Shown here: in pieces, positions 11,643-24,229 of the stretch
Position numbering within the stretch: the stretch's first letter is position 1
Layout of the letters: every line of letters starts with the position of its first letter
Source of the DNA: Oculina patagonica
Lineage: Eukaryota
Assembly: GCF_052425735.1 (NCBI RefSeq)
Contig: NC_135762.1
Span: 27,652,001-27,716,000, forward strand
Reading direction: 5' to 3'
DNA length: 64,000 nt
Position numbers and translations under genes: made by a program
Notes under the pieces: model-generated
What the model saw: only the letters and a program-made list of their open reading frames with translations
The model's database searches: none
What the model was told of the DNA's origin: nothing

Positions 11643-14600
11643 CTGGGGTTCGAACCCATTGACCCCCGCACAGCAGCCGCGCCACCAACTGAGCAGCCAG
11701 GCGGGGCAGCCAGTGGTAGAGCGCCGGACTGCTGTGCGGCTAGCTCACGCATTAATGCCGATGTCTTTCCAATTATCTTTATCATGATCTTTAATTTTCT
11801 TCTTGTAGTTCTTAGGTTTCAGGTAAAAAAGAAAGATACAGTCTGTAATTGAGCCTAGTGGCCCAGAAGGCCAGATAAAAAGTCTGTGTTTAAGCCAAGT
11901 GGTCATACAGCCGGAGCTTATCCCCGTTTTTGTAGAAGAAAGCCTTTTTTTAAATNNNNNNNNNNNNNNNNNNNNNNNNNNNNNNNNNNNNNNNNNNNNN
12001 NNNNNNNNNNNNNNNNNNNNNNNNNNNNNNNNNNNNNNNNNNNNNNNNNNNNNNNNNNNNNNNNNNNNNNNNNNNNNNNNNNNNNNNNNNNNNNNNNNNN
12101 NNNNNNNTAGGAGTACTTCTACTCTCTGTGGATGGGATGATAGTCCATTGCAGGGTTACCCCGTGCATTAAATTCCCCAGTACCCATTTATACACATGGG
12201 TGGAGAGAGGCACTATCATGAGAGTTTAGTGCCTCAAAATAACACAACACAGTGACCCTGGCCAGGGCTTGAGATTCCAGGTCTACAACTCGACCTGCAG
12301 TCCAACACACTGAACATTAGGCCACCACAGCTCCTGTAGTGTACATGCTGTACTTCACATAGAGCAGTTTTCAATTGAGTGTCGTAAAACCAAAACCAAA
12401 GTAATTATTCTGGCCAATCAAAAAGACACAGACAATCCAGTGGACCAATCAAAACTCAAAATAAATACATGTACCCGACACGAAGCACAGGAAAACGTGC
12501 GCGAGCGAGTCACAATTGGTTTTGGTTTCACTTCTGATTGGTCAAGAAAGTGGCGCAAAATTTTAAAACCAATCACTTAGAAGCGTACTGATGCAAAACC
12601 AAAGCAAATGCGAATTACTTTTGACACTCAAGTGAAAACTGCTCTAACTGACCTACAGTTTGCTAATGACTATTGTAAGCACTGAAGCTTGCTTTTCTAT
12701 GGTATTTACATTTATTTACTTAAAAGTTAATTCCTCAGTGTGAGGTGTCAGTGATAAAATATCAGGGGATTTAACTTAGGGCTGTTGAATTAAAAACATT
12801 CCGACAAATAATTACCCCTTGATAATAACTACTTTTTCCTCCATCTGGAAGAAGTTTCTTCTCTAGTAATAGTACAACTGGAAACATCATGACTGCAAAT
12901 TAAGAGCATGAACAAAAAAATCATTATCACATGTTAATGTAACTGTTAACTAATGCCCTCTGCTAATTACCTACCCTTCCCTACTCCCCATATATTTTTT
13001 TAAAAAAATCTAATATTTAATTTAAAATAATTTATTTATAACTGGGACAGAGACTACATGTACTAAAAATAAATAATAATTTACCATAAAAGAGCAACAC
13101 TCACATAGTAATGAAACTGTACTTACTTGGGTAAGTGAAAAATAATGAAAAACAAAGACACAGTTGAACTACAGCAGGAAAAGGACCTAAAAACAATAAT
13201 TTGAAACATATAACATCAGACAGAAGTTCTGAATCAGAGAAAAACGATAATTTATGTGCATTTAATAATTTAATACTTCCTCTATGGGATACATTTTTGA
13301 TGTACCACAAACATATAAAAAATTATAATATCTAAATACTAAATACTTGTTATATCGAAAACATTTCTCACCATTAGGTAAATTTAATGTAATCATTTGC
13401 TCAGTGTATTCTCCAAAGGACTAGAAAACCAAAAAATAAACCACTCAAGATTAAATTTATTAATTTAATGAATGTCTAGTCACAGCATACTCCACTGTAA
13501 CATGCAAAATGCACAATCATTAACAATAAAAAATCACATTTAATGATGATCCGCACAAAAACAAGCACGACCACATGAAAGCTAATTTTACAAAGGACAC
13601 AAATCCTTAACAAATACAGGGAAGAAGTCAACCAAACAAAATGTTAATTAAAGGTTTGATTCTTTAATAATATAATTAAAATTCAATATCATAATCGATG
13701 ATACATTGATACAATCACATGTCATTTTAAAAATAAAATTGTGCCTACCAAATAACCACAGGCACCAAATGCAATATACAACGTTGTAACTAAAAACAAT
13801 GTCATCTTGAATACACTGAAAGAAAAAAAATAAATTTTACAAGTTAGAGTGATCAATTCATAGTTTCTCCCAACAATATCTATAGTCTGCCATGTGGACA
13901 GGTGAAGAGAAAGAAGAAAATCATCAAGTTCAAGAGGATAGTGTCTTGAACCTGATTTACTTCCTACTTCTACTTCTAACATTAACAGAACTTCAACTTT
14001 GCAATCAGTACCTAGGAAAAGTTTATAGTTTGAGACAATTTTTGACTGAAAGCCCTGGTTAGAGAATATAAGGCAAAATGTCAACTTTCGCATGTCTAGA
14101 TTCGCAAAGCCTGACAATTTACTTCAAGAATTTTCATTGGATAATAACATCATCTTTACTTGAAGCTTGGTTCCTCAAACAAACCATTCAAAGACCATAG
14201 CTCATAGCTAAAGAATAGTGGTTATAAATTTTAATTAAAAGTAAAATTCACTTCCCATAAATATTTCACTTCAGTCTGTCATTATAATTTCTTCAATAAA
14301 AATCAATAAATACAGCTCTGTGTGCAGGGTTCATGTTATACACTTGAACACGTACTAAATGATAGCAAAAGCGTTAAAGACGCTTTTCATGATCCATTAA
14401 ACAGAAACTAAATGGATACCGGTAGTAAACAATTTATTCCATTAAGCGTAAAGCATTTAGTGGCTGTTTTCACTTTCCAGGTCACAATTACAAACTTGTT
14501 TGGAGCTTAATCAAAGTCAAATACTTACTTTCTAAATTTGTCTCTTGAATCTCTTGCACAGGATGCCTCCAGTGACAATATTAATCCTGCACCCTACATT

Positions 14601-17600
14601 AGAACAGTATACATCAATAAGAATTATATTCTTATTATATCTTAATCTGAACACCACACTTCAACACACTTTGTATGAGTCCATTTATACACACTTTTGA
14701 GAAAATATTTTTTTTTGAGGATAATGAATGGAACAAATCACTGATTGACTGTTGTACATTGTATATCATATACCGATCATTTTTTTTTTACCTTATCAAT
14801 CTGTCTTTATCCTCTGCAAATAAAAATTAATTGCCATTTCTTTATCACAAATTGTTTTCTTTTATATTTTTTTTTTGTTTTGCTTTAATTTACTTACCTC
14901 ATAGCAGTATATTGCCACACCCAAGAAAAATGGCAGACCACTTATTCTTGCAACCTGAGGATGAATCCTGATAACACAGAGTTAGATAAAATCAAGAGAA
15001 AGTAATACATTTTAAGCAATGTGTTCAAATTGTAGATTAACACTTATTGTGGCTAAACCCTGCATGAGAAAACCTTAATCCAAAAACAATAAAAAAGTAA
15101 AATTGATTTGTCATAGAACTTCCATCATCTACTTTTGCTAGGAGAGAAGGCTGACTGAGACTGGCTGACACCCCTTCCCTCCCCCCTCCCCCTGCACTCT
15201 CCAGACCACTCATCCAACAAAAGAGAGATACATTAACAAACTCATTTCCCTTTACAAAGAAAGTAACTGAAATTAGACAAAGTACAGTAACTATAATAAC
15301 TTACTTGACTTTATCAAAGTGTGCAAAGTCAAACCAAAAGACTACACAATAAGCAAACACATTGGCAAAATCTGCAAAAAGACTGCATAAAAACAGGTAT
15401 TAGTTATTATTTAATCACAACAACTGGTACTTCATGCTTTCATAGAATATACTGTACCTCTTGAAGATACAGAACTTCTTGAGTTGTTTTTAATTAGAAC
15501 TTTACCACTTTTTTCATAATTATTTGGCAAGAACCTGTGTTATATTCTCATGAAAATTTATGATGCATTTATATTTTTATCGACTTCAGTTATAAATTAA
15601 ACAATATTTATAAAAATGCACAATTTATAAAGGCGACATTTACCTGAATATAGCTAATTTCTTCAGATGTCTGAAATTTACCAGAATAGCTAGTGGTGGT
15701 AATAAACTCATAAGGAACTGGTGCCTGCAAAAAAAACCCAAGAAATCATATATATTATGATCAGTCAAAAACCACTTTAATTATATTGTAAGAATTTTAA
15801 CATCTTTGAGCTTTTTTCTAATGAACTTGCTTAATGTTTACTGTTCTTGATTTTGGCAGTTCTAATTAAGGCCGATTTACACGGCACGATTTTGTTGCAT
15901 GCGACAAGCTTACGACACGCCTACAACAGTCGTAAGCGAGTTGTAGGTTTGATAAATTACATGACACAATTCGTGTAGTTGGCCTGTTGTAAGCATGTCG
16001 CAAGCATGCTGCATGCGACAAAATTGTACCGTGTAAATCGGCCTTTACAAGTGCCCATAATTTTGATGAAGTTCGATGGAATAGGCCTTATTCGTATTCC
16101 CCGACGGCCCTGGGGCGAGAGCCTTCTAAACATGAATGCAAGGCTAATGCGGGATACTTTGCTCGAAATTGCAAAGAAACGTATGGAAAATCGCGACTGG
16201 GTTGCCGAAAAACCTTAAAAATAATAAACGCTTTGAGGATCTATAGCTAGGAGGTGATCTGCAGGCCAGAGGGATACCAGTGTCAATCAGAAAAAATTAG
16301 AAGATCTGGTAGAACTGACCGAGAAGGCTAACAAATTTTCCTTGAAGTAGTTGAATCGGGGGAGTGCAAGTCAGTCATCGAGTCGCAAGGTAATGACCCC
16401 AATCTGTTAATAGTTGTTTTGATTGTACATCCGACTTACCAGAGGCAATATACTTAACTTGGAGAGATTTGTATTGCCATTATTTTAAAAAAATAAGAAT
16501 AAATGTCTGAGAGATGCTGCGTATTGACTACATATTTTGATCGGCATATGGACAAAAACAACTGAACGAAATGGCGCATTAATTATTTACAAATTCGTTT
16601 GCTGTTAAATGCTCTCACTGTTTAGTTAAAAGAATAGCTTTTAATTCCACTGAACTGATTTCTTTCAGAGTTTGACTGCTATGTTTCTGTGCTGCTGCCA
16701 AAACGTCTTGAGAACTAGTAAATTTAATTAATGTTCTCGCACGCCGGTACATGCAAACTGGCTAGAAAGACCTAAAAATCGCAAGATCTAAACTTCCAAA
16801 TTCATTTTGCCCCTAAATCATCGAATGTTCGAATAAAAGATAATTTTCTTATTTCAGTTAAGTGAGAATGTCGATAGTTTAATGATCATTTAATATTCTT
16901 TCACGAAAATGGTCTGAAACAGAACTGGATGTTTCAGATTAAAATCTCGCACGCACATCAAGATCGGCAAACTCACTAAAGATTACAAAGCAATTTACAG
17001 ATTCGTTTTGAAGCTAACTACACACAATTTTTGATTAAAAGGCTAGATTTTCATTTGGCTCAAGTGATGCTGTTAATCGTTTCACGCTCATTTCATGCTC
17101 TTGCAGTGAAAAAAGTTATCACAGCGCCACAGTTTAAAAAAATAAACAACTGAGATTGTGTGCGTGATCAAATTTAATATAGCAAGTTCCCTCTTCTGAA
17201 CCCCTTTCTTAAATAGCAATATAGATATCCTCAAGGAAAGTTTAATCTCTCACTTAAGTCGGATATACACTGAAAATAAAAATAAGAGATTAGCTGGAAA
17301 CATAACCTGGTGTTGAAGTTTACTTCGCAAGTACTGCTGACTCGAAACCGTTCCCGACGATTCAGTGTAAATTTGTTAGCCTTCTCGGTAAGTTCTACCA
17401 GATCTTCTAATTTTTTCTGATTGACACTGGTATCCCTCTAGCCTGCAGATCACCGACTAGCTCTAGATCCTCAAAGCGTTTATAATTTTTAAGGTTTTTC
17501 GGCAACCCAGTCGCAATTTTCCATATGTTTCTTTGCAATTTGTGCAAAGTACCCCGCATTAGCCTCGCATTCATGTTCAGAAGGCTCTCGTCCCAGGGCC

Positions 17601-20600
17601 GTCGGGGAATACGAATAAGGCCTATTATACAGGGCAATAACCATTGAGAGTGATTTTTTGAAACTGGGTTACCATGATGATAGTAATTTGATCAAACAGG
17701 GCAAAAATTTTACATTTTGAGCAAGGTTCCTCATGGTCACTTAGTGTGTCTAATAATAGCTCATGTGTATATTGTATGTTGGTAAATAAAATGCATTCCA
17801 TCTATCAATAAGAATCTCCTTGGTTTTAGTCCTTTCGCATTTGACTGAATTTCTTTTGTTATCATTACTTATACAACTGTAAGATAATTACATGTATGTA
17901 GTTTAGTATAAATTCATGCCCAAATACCGTATTTGAACCCTGTTACTTAAATTATACAGTGTAGCTAATAAAGCTATTATATTTTTTACATAATATACAC
18001 CCATTACTCCAGCAACAGATCATCCCTTTCACCATTTATAGAGTCCACACAATAAAACTGTCTTTATGTCAATATTTAGTCAGTGACCGCCAATAAATTT
18101 ACAAATCTGGTCTGCTGAATACTCACTTGCTCAGAACTGGAAACATGTTGTTTAGAGTGTCAGAGATAAAAATCAAATATGCACATGAAAAACCTGTCAA
18201 CACATAAAAAAGCATTTAAATTTCAGGGCTTGAGACTAACTTTTTAACTCAATGGTTTACTGGCTAGTGACATATCAGATTTTACTAGCCAAAAGTTATT
18301 TTTCACTAGTCAGGTATATTCATTTCTATCGAGAACAGCTGACTTTTCCGAGTTTTTCACTAGCCAAATGGCTAGTAGGAATGCTAAACCTGGTAGCCAA
18401 AAGTTAAATTTAAGTAGCCTTTGGCTAGTTGGCTACTGTTAGTCTCGAGCCCTGAATTTCAACAGACTGTTTACACACTGTAAGGGACGTTCAAAATAAT
18501 TATTTAATATGTTCTATTGGAAGTTCTAACTTGGATCCAAGGTCAAAGTAAAAACAAATTTAAAGAAATTTACTAAATTTGCCCCTCAACCTAACTTTAA
18601 AGTAGAATCCCAATTTTTCAAACCCTCAGCTTTTTTAAACTCCTCATTTCTTGAACCAATTTTTGTTTCCCTTGGATAGTACTTCTCTGAAGTAATTTTA
18701 CCTGATTTCTCAAACCCCTCAGATTTCTCCAAGCAATTTTTGTTTCCCCTGGAGGTTTGAGAAATCGAGATTCTATTGAAATTTTGGTACATAATTCTTC
18801 TCAGTAATCTCTCTAAGTTATAGTACTATATTATTTCTGCTGTCATTGTTATATGGCTAAGATATGGAGAGTGACACTCCGGTGAAGCCATAAGCGACAC
18901 AGAGTGTCACCGGCGGAGCGGGGGATTTTTTTCTTCGGGCGTGCTGGAATACAAAGCGGTCAACAGCAAACGCGGAAGAAACAAAAACAAGGTACATACA
19001 CCCGAAGACAAAAATATATGTTCCGCTGGAAGTTGATGCACAGAACACAGATCGCTAAGGGAGGGAGGGCGGGACGCAACATTTGAACTGTAGTCGTGGT
19101 GTTTTACCGTCGAAAGACCTAGAACTGAGGTGCACGCTGAAGGGAACGGTTAATATTGCACCGCTACACCAATGGGAGAGAGCCATGGGGATAATTAGCC
19201 ATTTCCACGGGACTTATGACCTGCATACATAATAAAGTACTATGCAAATGACTTTGAATAGAGAAGTGTGGGAATTACACATGCTTTGTGAGGTTAATTG
19301 TCATCAACCAATCACACAGAAAATTATTTTTCTAGATAATCATTCTCTTTTAAAAGTTGTTGGAAGAGCGCATGGAAAGCTTTTGAATCACCTGCCAGGT
19401 TTAGCAAATGACTAACAAATTATGTTTACAACATCTACTAGATGTACACTACAGTATATAGCTTATAAATCTGATTAACTTGAACAGTGGATGGTCGAGT
19501 GCTTAATATCAGTTATTACATGTACAGTATAACAGTAGCTCTTAACAACTGATACCTATTTGTGAAATGACTATGCTTATGTCAACTAGGGCTCTTCCAG
19601 AATTTCCCAGAGCATAATAACCTGAAACAACAAGAAGACAGATATTGCTCATAGTACTTCACCAGGGGTTTGGACACACCAGGGGTTAATCTGGCTTATT
19701 GCTGGTTTTCACTGTCACGCAATCAAAAAATAAATTCGAAACCATTCAACTACAGAAGCTAGGAATTTCAAATATTATAGATGATAAATAGATAAACAAT
19801 TTCTCCAAGTTTTTTAGGTCTGTATGGTGCACCGTTCGCCAGTTATTTCGCGAACGTTTCCACGCAAATTTATAAAGCTTAGTATGGAGATGCCATAACT
19901 GTGTCCTTCCGAGGGACACAAATATGGCCGCCGTGATGTCAGAGAAACCATCTGGAACTCAATTCTGTTTACAACAGCGGCAATCTTTGGCTCATGAGCT
20001 AGTACAGTTTCACATAAACACCACTTATTATATCTGAAATGTTCAATCTGCTGAAAATGGAAAGGAAAGGCCTTTTTCAAACAAAACAGCTTTGTCACGG
20101 CACTCAGCTTGATGTCACATACGACAGAGAAATCAAATATTCAAAATGCTCTGATTAAAAAACGAATGACACTATCGATCTGGAAATTTGCAAAAAGATA
20201 TATTTTTAGTTTATCTTACGTCTAATGACAACAAAAATTTAGTAGGCCCAGTGAATTTTGATTTCAGAATTTTATGACGTAACATGAAAACCAAGAATAC
20301 CTGAAAAGTATGTTGACCAACATTTCCAGGTCACTGATTTACAAAAAAGCAACAAAGTGCTTAAAAAATTTACATCGTCTAAAAGAATAAGTAGATTCAT
20401 GTACTGATGAATGACGAAACACTGTACAAAACACTCACCAAGATCTCCATAATCAATCTCATGATGGGGATTCTGCAACTAAATATCCATGAGAACTAAA
20501 TATTAACCTGATATACAATAATCAAGCATTTATCATACAATCTACATTGTACACACATGCATACATGTACTGAAATGTCAGGTTCAATATAATAATTGTA

Positions 20601-23600
20601 GGAGTCCATCACCTTACAACGAACCTTGCAACAGACATGCTAGTCCATTGCAAGGTTACCCCCAGCTGCTATTTAAAGTGCCGGTAACCAATTATATACA
20701 CCTGGGTGGAGAGAAGCACTATGAGAGTAAAGTGTCTTGCCCAAGAACACAACACAGTGACCCTGGCCAGGGTTTGAATGGAGACTGCTCAATCCAAAGT
20801 CCAATATGATGATACATGATATGTATATGTTGCAGTTAATTTTCGATCTCAGTTAATTTTTTTATTTTAACTAGTTAGTTTTTTTTTCTAACTAGTTTTT
20901 TTTTATTCTAGGTTAATAAGTAGAAAAAGTAGAACACCTCCCCTCCCTTGATATCTCATACCCCCCCCCCATCCTTACTAACCCTCCCCTACTATCTGCT
21001 GTTATCCCCCTCCCCTAAGTACTATCATTTATTTATTTTTCCTTTTTACTAACCTGCACTGGATTTGAACTCTCAACCTCTGGATTTGCTGTCCAACCCC
21101 TTATCCACTTTGCCACGTAGGAAACATTGGGTGAACTACTATTTTTTTTAAATATATGATACCCTTACCCTTACCCCATTATTTAACTAGTTAAAAAAAA
21201 TCAACTAGTTAGAAAAAAAACTAACTAGTTAAAATAAAAAATTAACTGAGATCAAAAATTAACTGCAACATATATGTATTCTGCAGGTAAATACAATGTA
21301 TTTACATTTTATCTGCCTGTATAGTATGTTGCTGGACATGCATCAAAAGAAAGAGAAGTCTGCAAGAAAAATGCTTTAGCAAGATTGCTAAGGACCATCA
21401 CAGTAGGACGGGAATTTAGGAAATCCAAATAATTTAGAGAGCATTGAAACATAAAGAGAAATAAAATACAAATAGATCTTGAAAAGATCCAGTAAGGAGA
21501 GAACATGACTTTAGCAGACTTAACTGCTACAGTCAAACCAGATGTTCTTTTGATAGGAACTCTGCAATGTTGCAGTGCAATGTACCAAATGAATACTGAT
21601 TCTCAGTTTTATTTTGCCATGTAAAACGAGGTTATACCACCTCTGTTTCAAAGAAAAAACAGTTGACAATAGGACAATGGCCGATTCCCACTATGGTGCA
21701 TGCCTGCAGGGAATCATGGTAGTTGTATACATCAAACCATGTGTGAGACTTAGCAACGATGAATACAGCTACCGTGATTTCCTTTAGGAGTGTGCCACAG
21801 AGGGAATCGGACATTAGTTACTCCTTCTTTAAAACATAGGTGGAGTTGTTATGTTCGGTTTTCTACCAGAAAAATAACATCAAAAGAACATCCGCTTTGA
21901 CTGTAATTATTGCTAAATTAGCAATACTGACTAGCAGTTCATCCACTACTTCATCCATTACTTTATCCACTTCTCCGTTTTCAGCCGTCTTCAGCAATTC
22001 CTTCTCCTCTGACGCAATCTTTCCGTCACCTGACAACACTGAGCCATTAATGTGGTCAAGCTTCTTCCACGTTATCTTTTTCTTGCAGTCAATAATCAGT
22101 AACATTGCTTTCACACTGTAAGGAGCACAAAACAAACTTTATTAATACCAGTAAACAAAACTTTTGTGGGGAACCCATGTCGCTTGTCTAAATTTAAAAA
22201 TGTCCTGTGTCGCTGTTTTATCGCACTTCCCGTCCCTGTCGGTAGTTGAATTGAAGGAAAATTGTTTGTCCTTGTCGGAATTTAAGTTTTTCCAAAAGGT
22301 TTGCCGTTTGTCACAATTTTATTTTATGTGCCAGCTGTCGCTTCTTTCTGGGCCGTGTCGCTTGTCAGAATTTACCCTGACAGGGCCTCATTGAAGGGCA
22401 CTACAAGCAAACAAAATAGAAGGAAATGAAACTTTGGATGTTGGTTTTTTGGGAAGGAAAAAAGTGGAGAACCTGGAGAAAAACCCTCTGAGCAAGGCGA
22501 GAACCAAAAACAAACTCAACCCACATAAGGCACCTGGTGGAAACCAAACCCGGGCCACATTGGTGGGAGACAAGCGTTCTCACCACTTCACCATCGCTGC
22601 TCCCCCCTTTTGTGCTAAAATTATGACCAACATAAGTACCTTCGCTCATACACAAAATATGCCCAGAACAGCAAGATGAGGATAACGGTGAATTGTCAAA
22701 AGGTAATCAAATTGTACAGTTGGAGTAGTTTTTTGGTGATTTTTCCAAGACACAGTGACATTGTATGCAAAGAGTCTGGGCCCTACTTTTTACCAAATAG
22801 TAATGAAGTTATTTTATTGGCCTTGAATTCCCTCACTGGATCAGTTACTCACTCACTTCATTCTGATATAAAACCGCAATTAATTTATGCATTAAACGGT
22901 AAACATGCTTACAGAAAGGTTCTTTAAAATGCAATTCAGTCATGTCAATCAGAAGTAAATTATTCTCCAACCTCATTTCCAGGGTCGCTCTCTTACAGGA
23001 AACAAAGTTGTATATTTACAAAAGAAATTCCTAAGCGTGAAAGAGGATCAAAGATCTTCATCGTGACACAGCTTAATTTTCAGATTTTGGATGTATTAAT
23101 TTTCAAATCAAGACACTTAGGTCTGGTTCACACCAAAAACATAACAATGTATTATATAAAGGAAAAAAAGCTGATCTTTTCAACTAGCCCAGCCCTGTCC
23201 AACTCACCCAGGCTATGTGACAGACCTTTCTTTGAATACTGGATAACTTAAAATGTCAAATATAGCTTTTTATGAATTTTGATTGCTTTATAATATACAA
23301 TTGATCTTTTGCTTCCTTGCCTAGCTCACAAAGCCTTTTTCTGTCACAAACTACTACTGGTTTGAGAGCATCTTGCCAGCTGTTGCCACAGTGTATAGGA
23401 AAAAACATTTTTTGGTGTATTTTTCACAGTAATGTTAAAGCTGTGGCTTGTGTGGTTTCATGCATTTCCTTGGTGGGGATTTTGCCCAGGAGGAATTACA
23501 TGTATAGCCCTAACTCATTCATTAGTACCAGTATTCTAAATTACCCATTTTGACACATCGTTGATGTTTGCTAAACTGTTTCAATAAAGCTTGTTTTTAG

Positions 23601-24229
23601 AAAAAGTTTAGACAAAAAAGTTAGAATAAGCTAGTCTTTTATCTTAAAGCTAAGCGTATATACGGCTTAAAAAGTTATTAAATTAGAAGCCCGGGCGAGC
23701 AAAAAATCAAAACAATTTTGCCAAACTGTAAATTAAAAGCCAACTTATGACTGCTCAAGAACAAAAAGTCAACAACAAACGTATTCGCTGCTATGACTAC
23801 AAGTACTCCCTATCAAAAATCCATATTCACGATATTTTTAAAGGACCGGCAAAGCAAACTCTGTTGCCTACACTAAATACCGAACGTGAAAGTTTGTACT
23901 TTCAGACGGTGAAGGCAAAAGCTATCGTTTAGCCAGTGATTTTAAGTAAAAACTTACCTTAATGTACCAATTAATGCCATGATCGCACTCCCTTCGATAA
24001 CTCCCGCCTGACAAATAAAACAATCAACCTTTTAGTTGGCCAAAATCTTCATTCTCCAAATATGCGTTCGTGGCATCGCCGTACCGCGTTCGTTCGAGCG
24101 ATCGCTCAAGCTTCAGCGCCTTACCTCTCTGAATGCATGAGGCATTCCCAAAATCCCAGCACCGATGAACGAAATAAATATATTGGCGAACATCTTGATG
24201 GAACTTTTGGCCCCATCATCTTGATGCAT
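9409..24229 (-). CDS. Amino-acid transporter, AAAP/Aa_trans family (SLC36/AVT3/ANT1-like), 17 exons, ~430-440 aa
   Basis: Exons 24229-24125, 24007-23958, 22115-21932 (or 21962), 20472 (or 20478)-20439, 19621-19556, 18193-18127, 15724-15644, 15382-15305, 14967-14898, 14593-14529, 13815-13749, 13420-13372, 13186-13127, 12892-12816, 11248-11097, 10665-10606, 9460-9409. All are GT-AG and phase-compatible. Motifs: ANIFISFIGAGILGMPHAF, SQIGFSCAYLIF, GVAIYCYEG, FFTYP, GFILPG. Confidence 0.92.
9761..10200. repeat. Tandem duplication of a ~215-230 bp unit in the last transporter intron
   Basis: AACAATTTCTTATCAGAGTCT...GAAGCAGTAAC occurs from 9761 and again from 9988. Confidence 0.85.
11362..11740 (-). 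mobile_element. tRNA-derived SINE (family B) with L2-like tail
   Basis: Minus-strand head GCTCAGTTGG...GGTTCGAACCCC; 3' stem-loop GCGCAT...ATGCGC, then a short tandem-repeat tail. Confidence 0.7.
11956..12107. other. Assembly gap (N run)
   Basis: Run of n. Confidence 0.99.
12108..12330 (-). mobile_element. CORE-like tRNA SINE (family C)
   Basis: Shares CTCTCCACCCAxGTGTATAAATGGGTAC with copies at 20600-20800(-), 48450-48560(+), 51315-51590(+), 54205-54870(+) and 59535-59670(-). Confidence 0.75.
12361..12645. mobile_element. MITE with TIR AGAGC(A/G)GTTTTCA
   Basis: TIRs at both ends; further copies at 25834-26116 and ~48870-49156. Confidence 0.8.
15869..16044. mobile_element. PIF/Harbinger (Tourist-like) MITE
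   Basis: TTA|AGGCCGATTTACACGG...CCGTGTAAATCGGCCT|TTA. Confidence 0.8.
16083..17623. mobile_element. Non-autonomous DNA transposon with ~255-bp TIRs and AT TSD (ISL2EU-like)
   Basis: 16083-16338 is a close reverse complement of 17369-17623; AT flanks both ends. Confidence 0.8.
18224..18454. mobile_element. hAT-type MITE with 5-bp TSD
   Basis: AATTT|CAGGGCTTGAGACTAAC...GTTAGTCTCGAGCCCTG|AATTT. Confidence 0.75.
19699..20298. mobile_element. TIR element; related partial copy on the opposite strand at ~61560-61850
   Basis: TGGTTTTCA...TCA / TGA...TGAAAACCA termini; shared internal sequence. Confidence 0.5.
20600..20800 (-). mobile_element. CORE-like SINE (family C)
   Basis: GTGTCTTGCCCAAGAACACAACACAGTGACCCTGGCCAGG. 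Confidence 0.75.
20828..21270. mobile_element. TIR element with TGT...ACA ends and TATA TSD (Ginger-like) carrying a tRNA-like sequence
   Basis: TATA|TGTTGCAGTTAATTTT...AAAATTAACTGCAACA|TATA; TIRs ~80 bp. Confidence 0.75.
21053..21121 (-). pseudogene. tRNA-like remnant (GCA anticodon loop, Cys-like)
   Basis: A-box TGGCAAAGTGG, stem-loop TTGGA-CAGCAAA-TCCAG and B-box GTTCAAATC. T-stem and acceptor stem are degenerate. Confidence 0.45.
22436..22603 (-). mobile_element. tRNA-derived SINE (family A)
   Basis: Reverse-complement homolog of 2911-3155. Confidence 0.7.
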
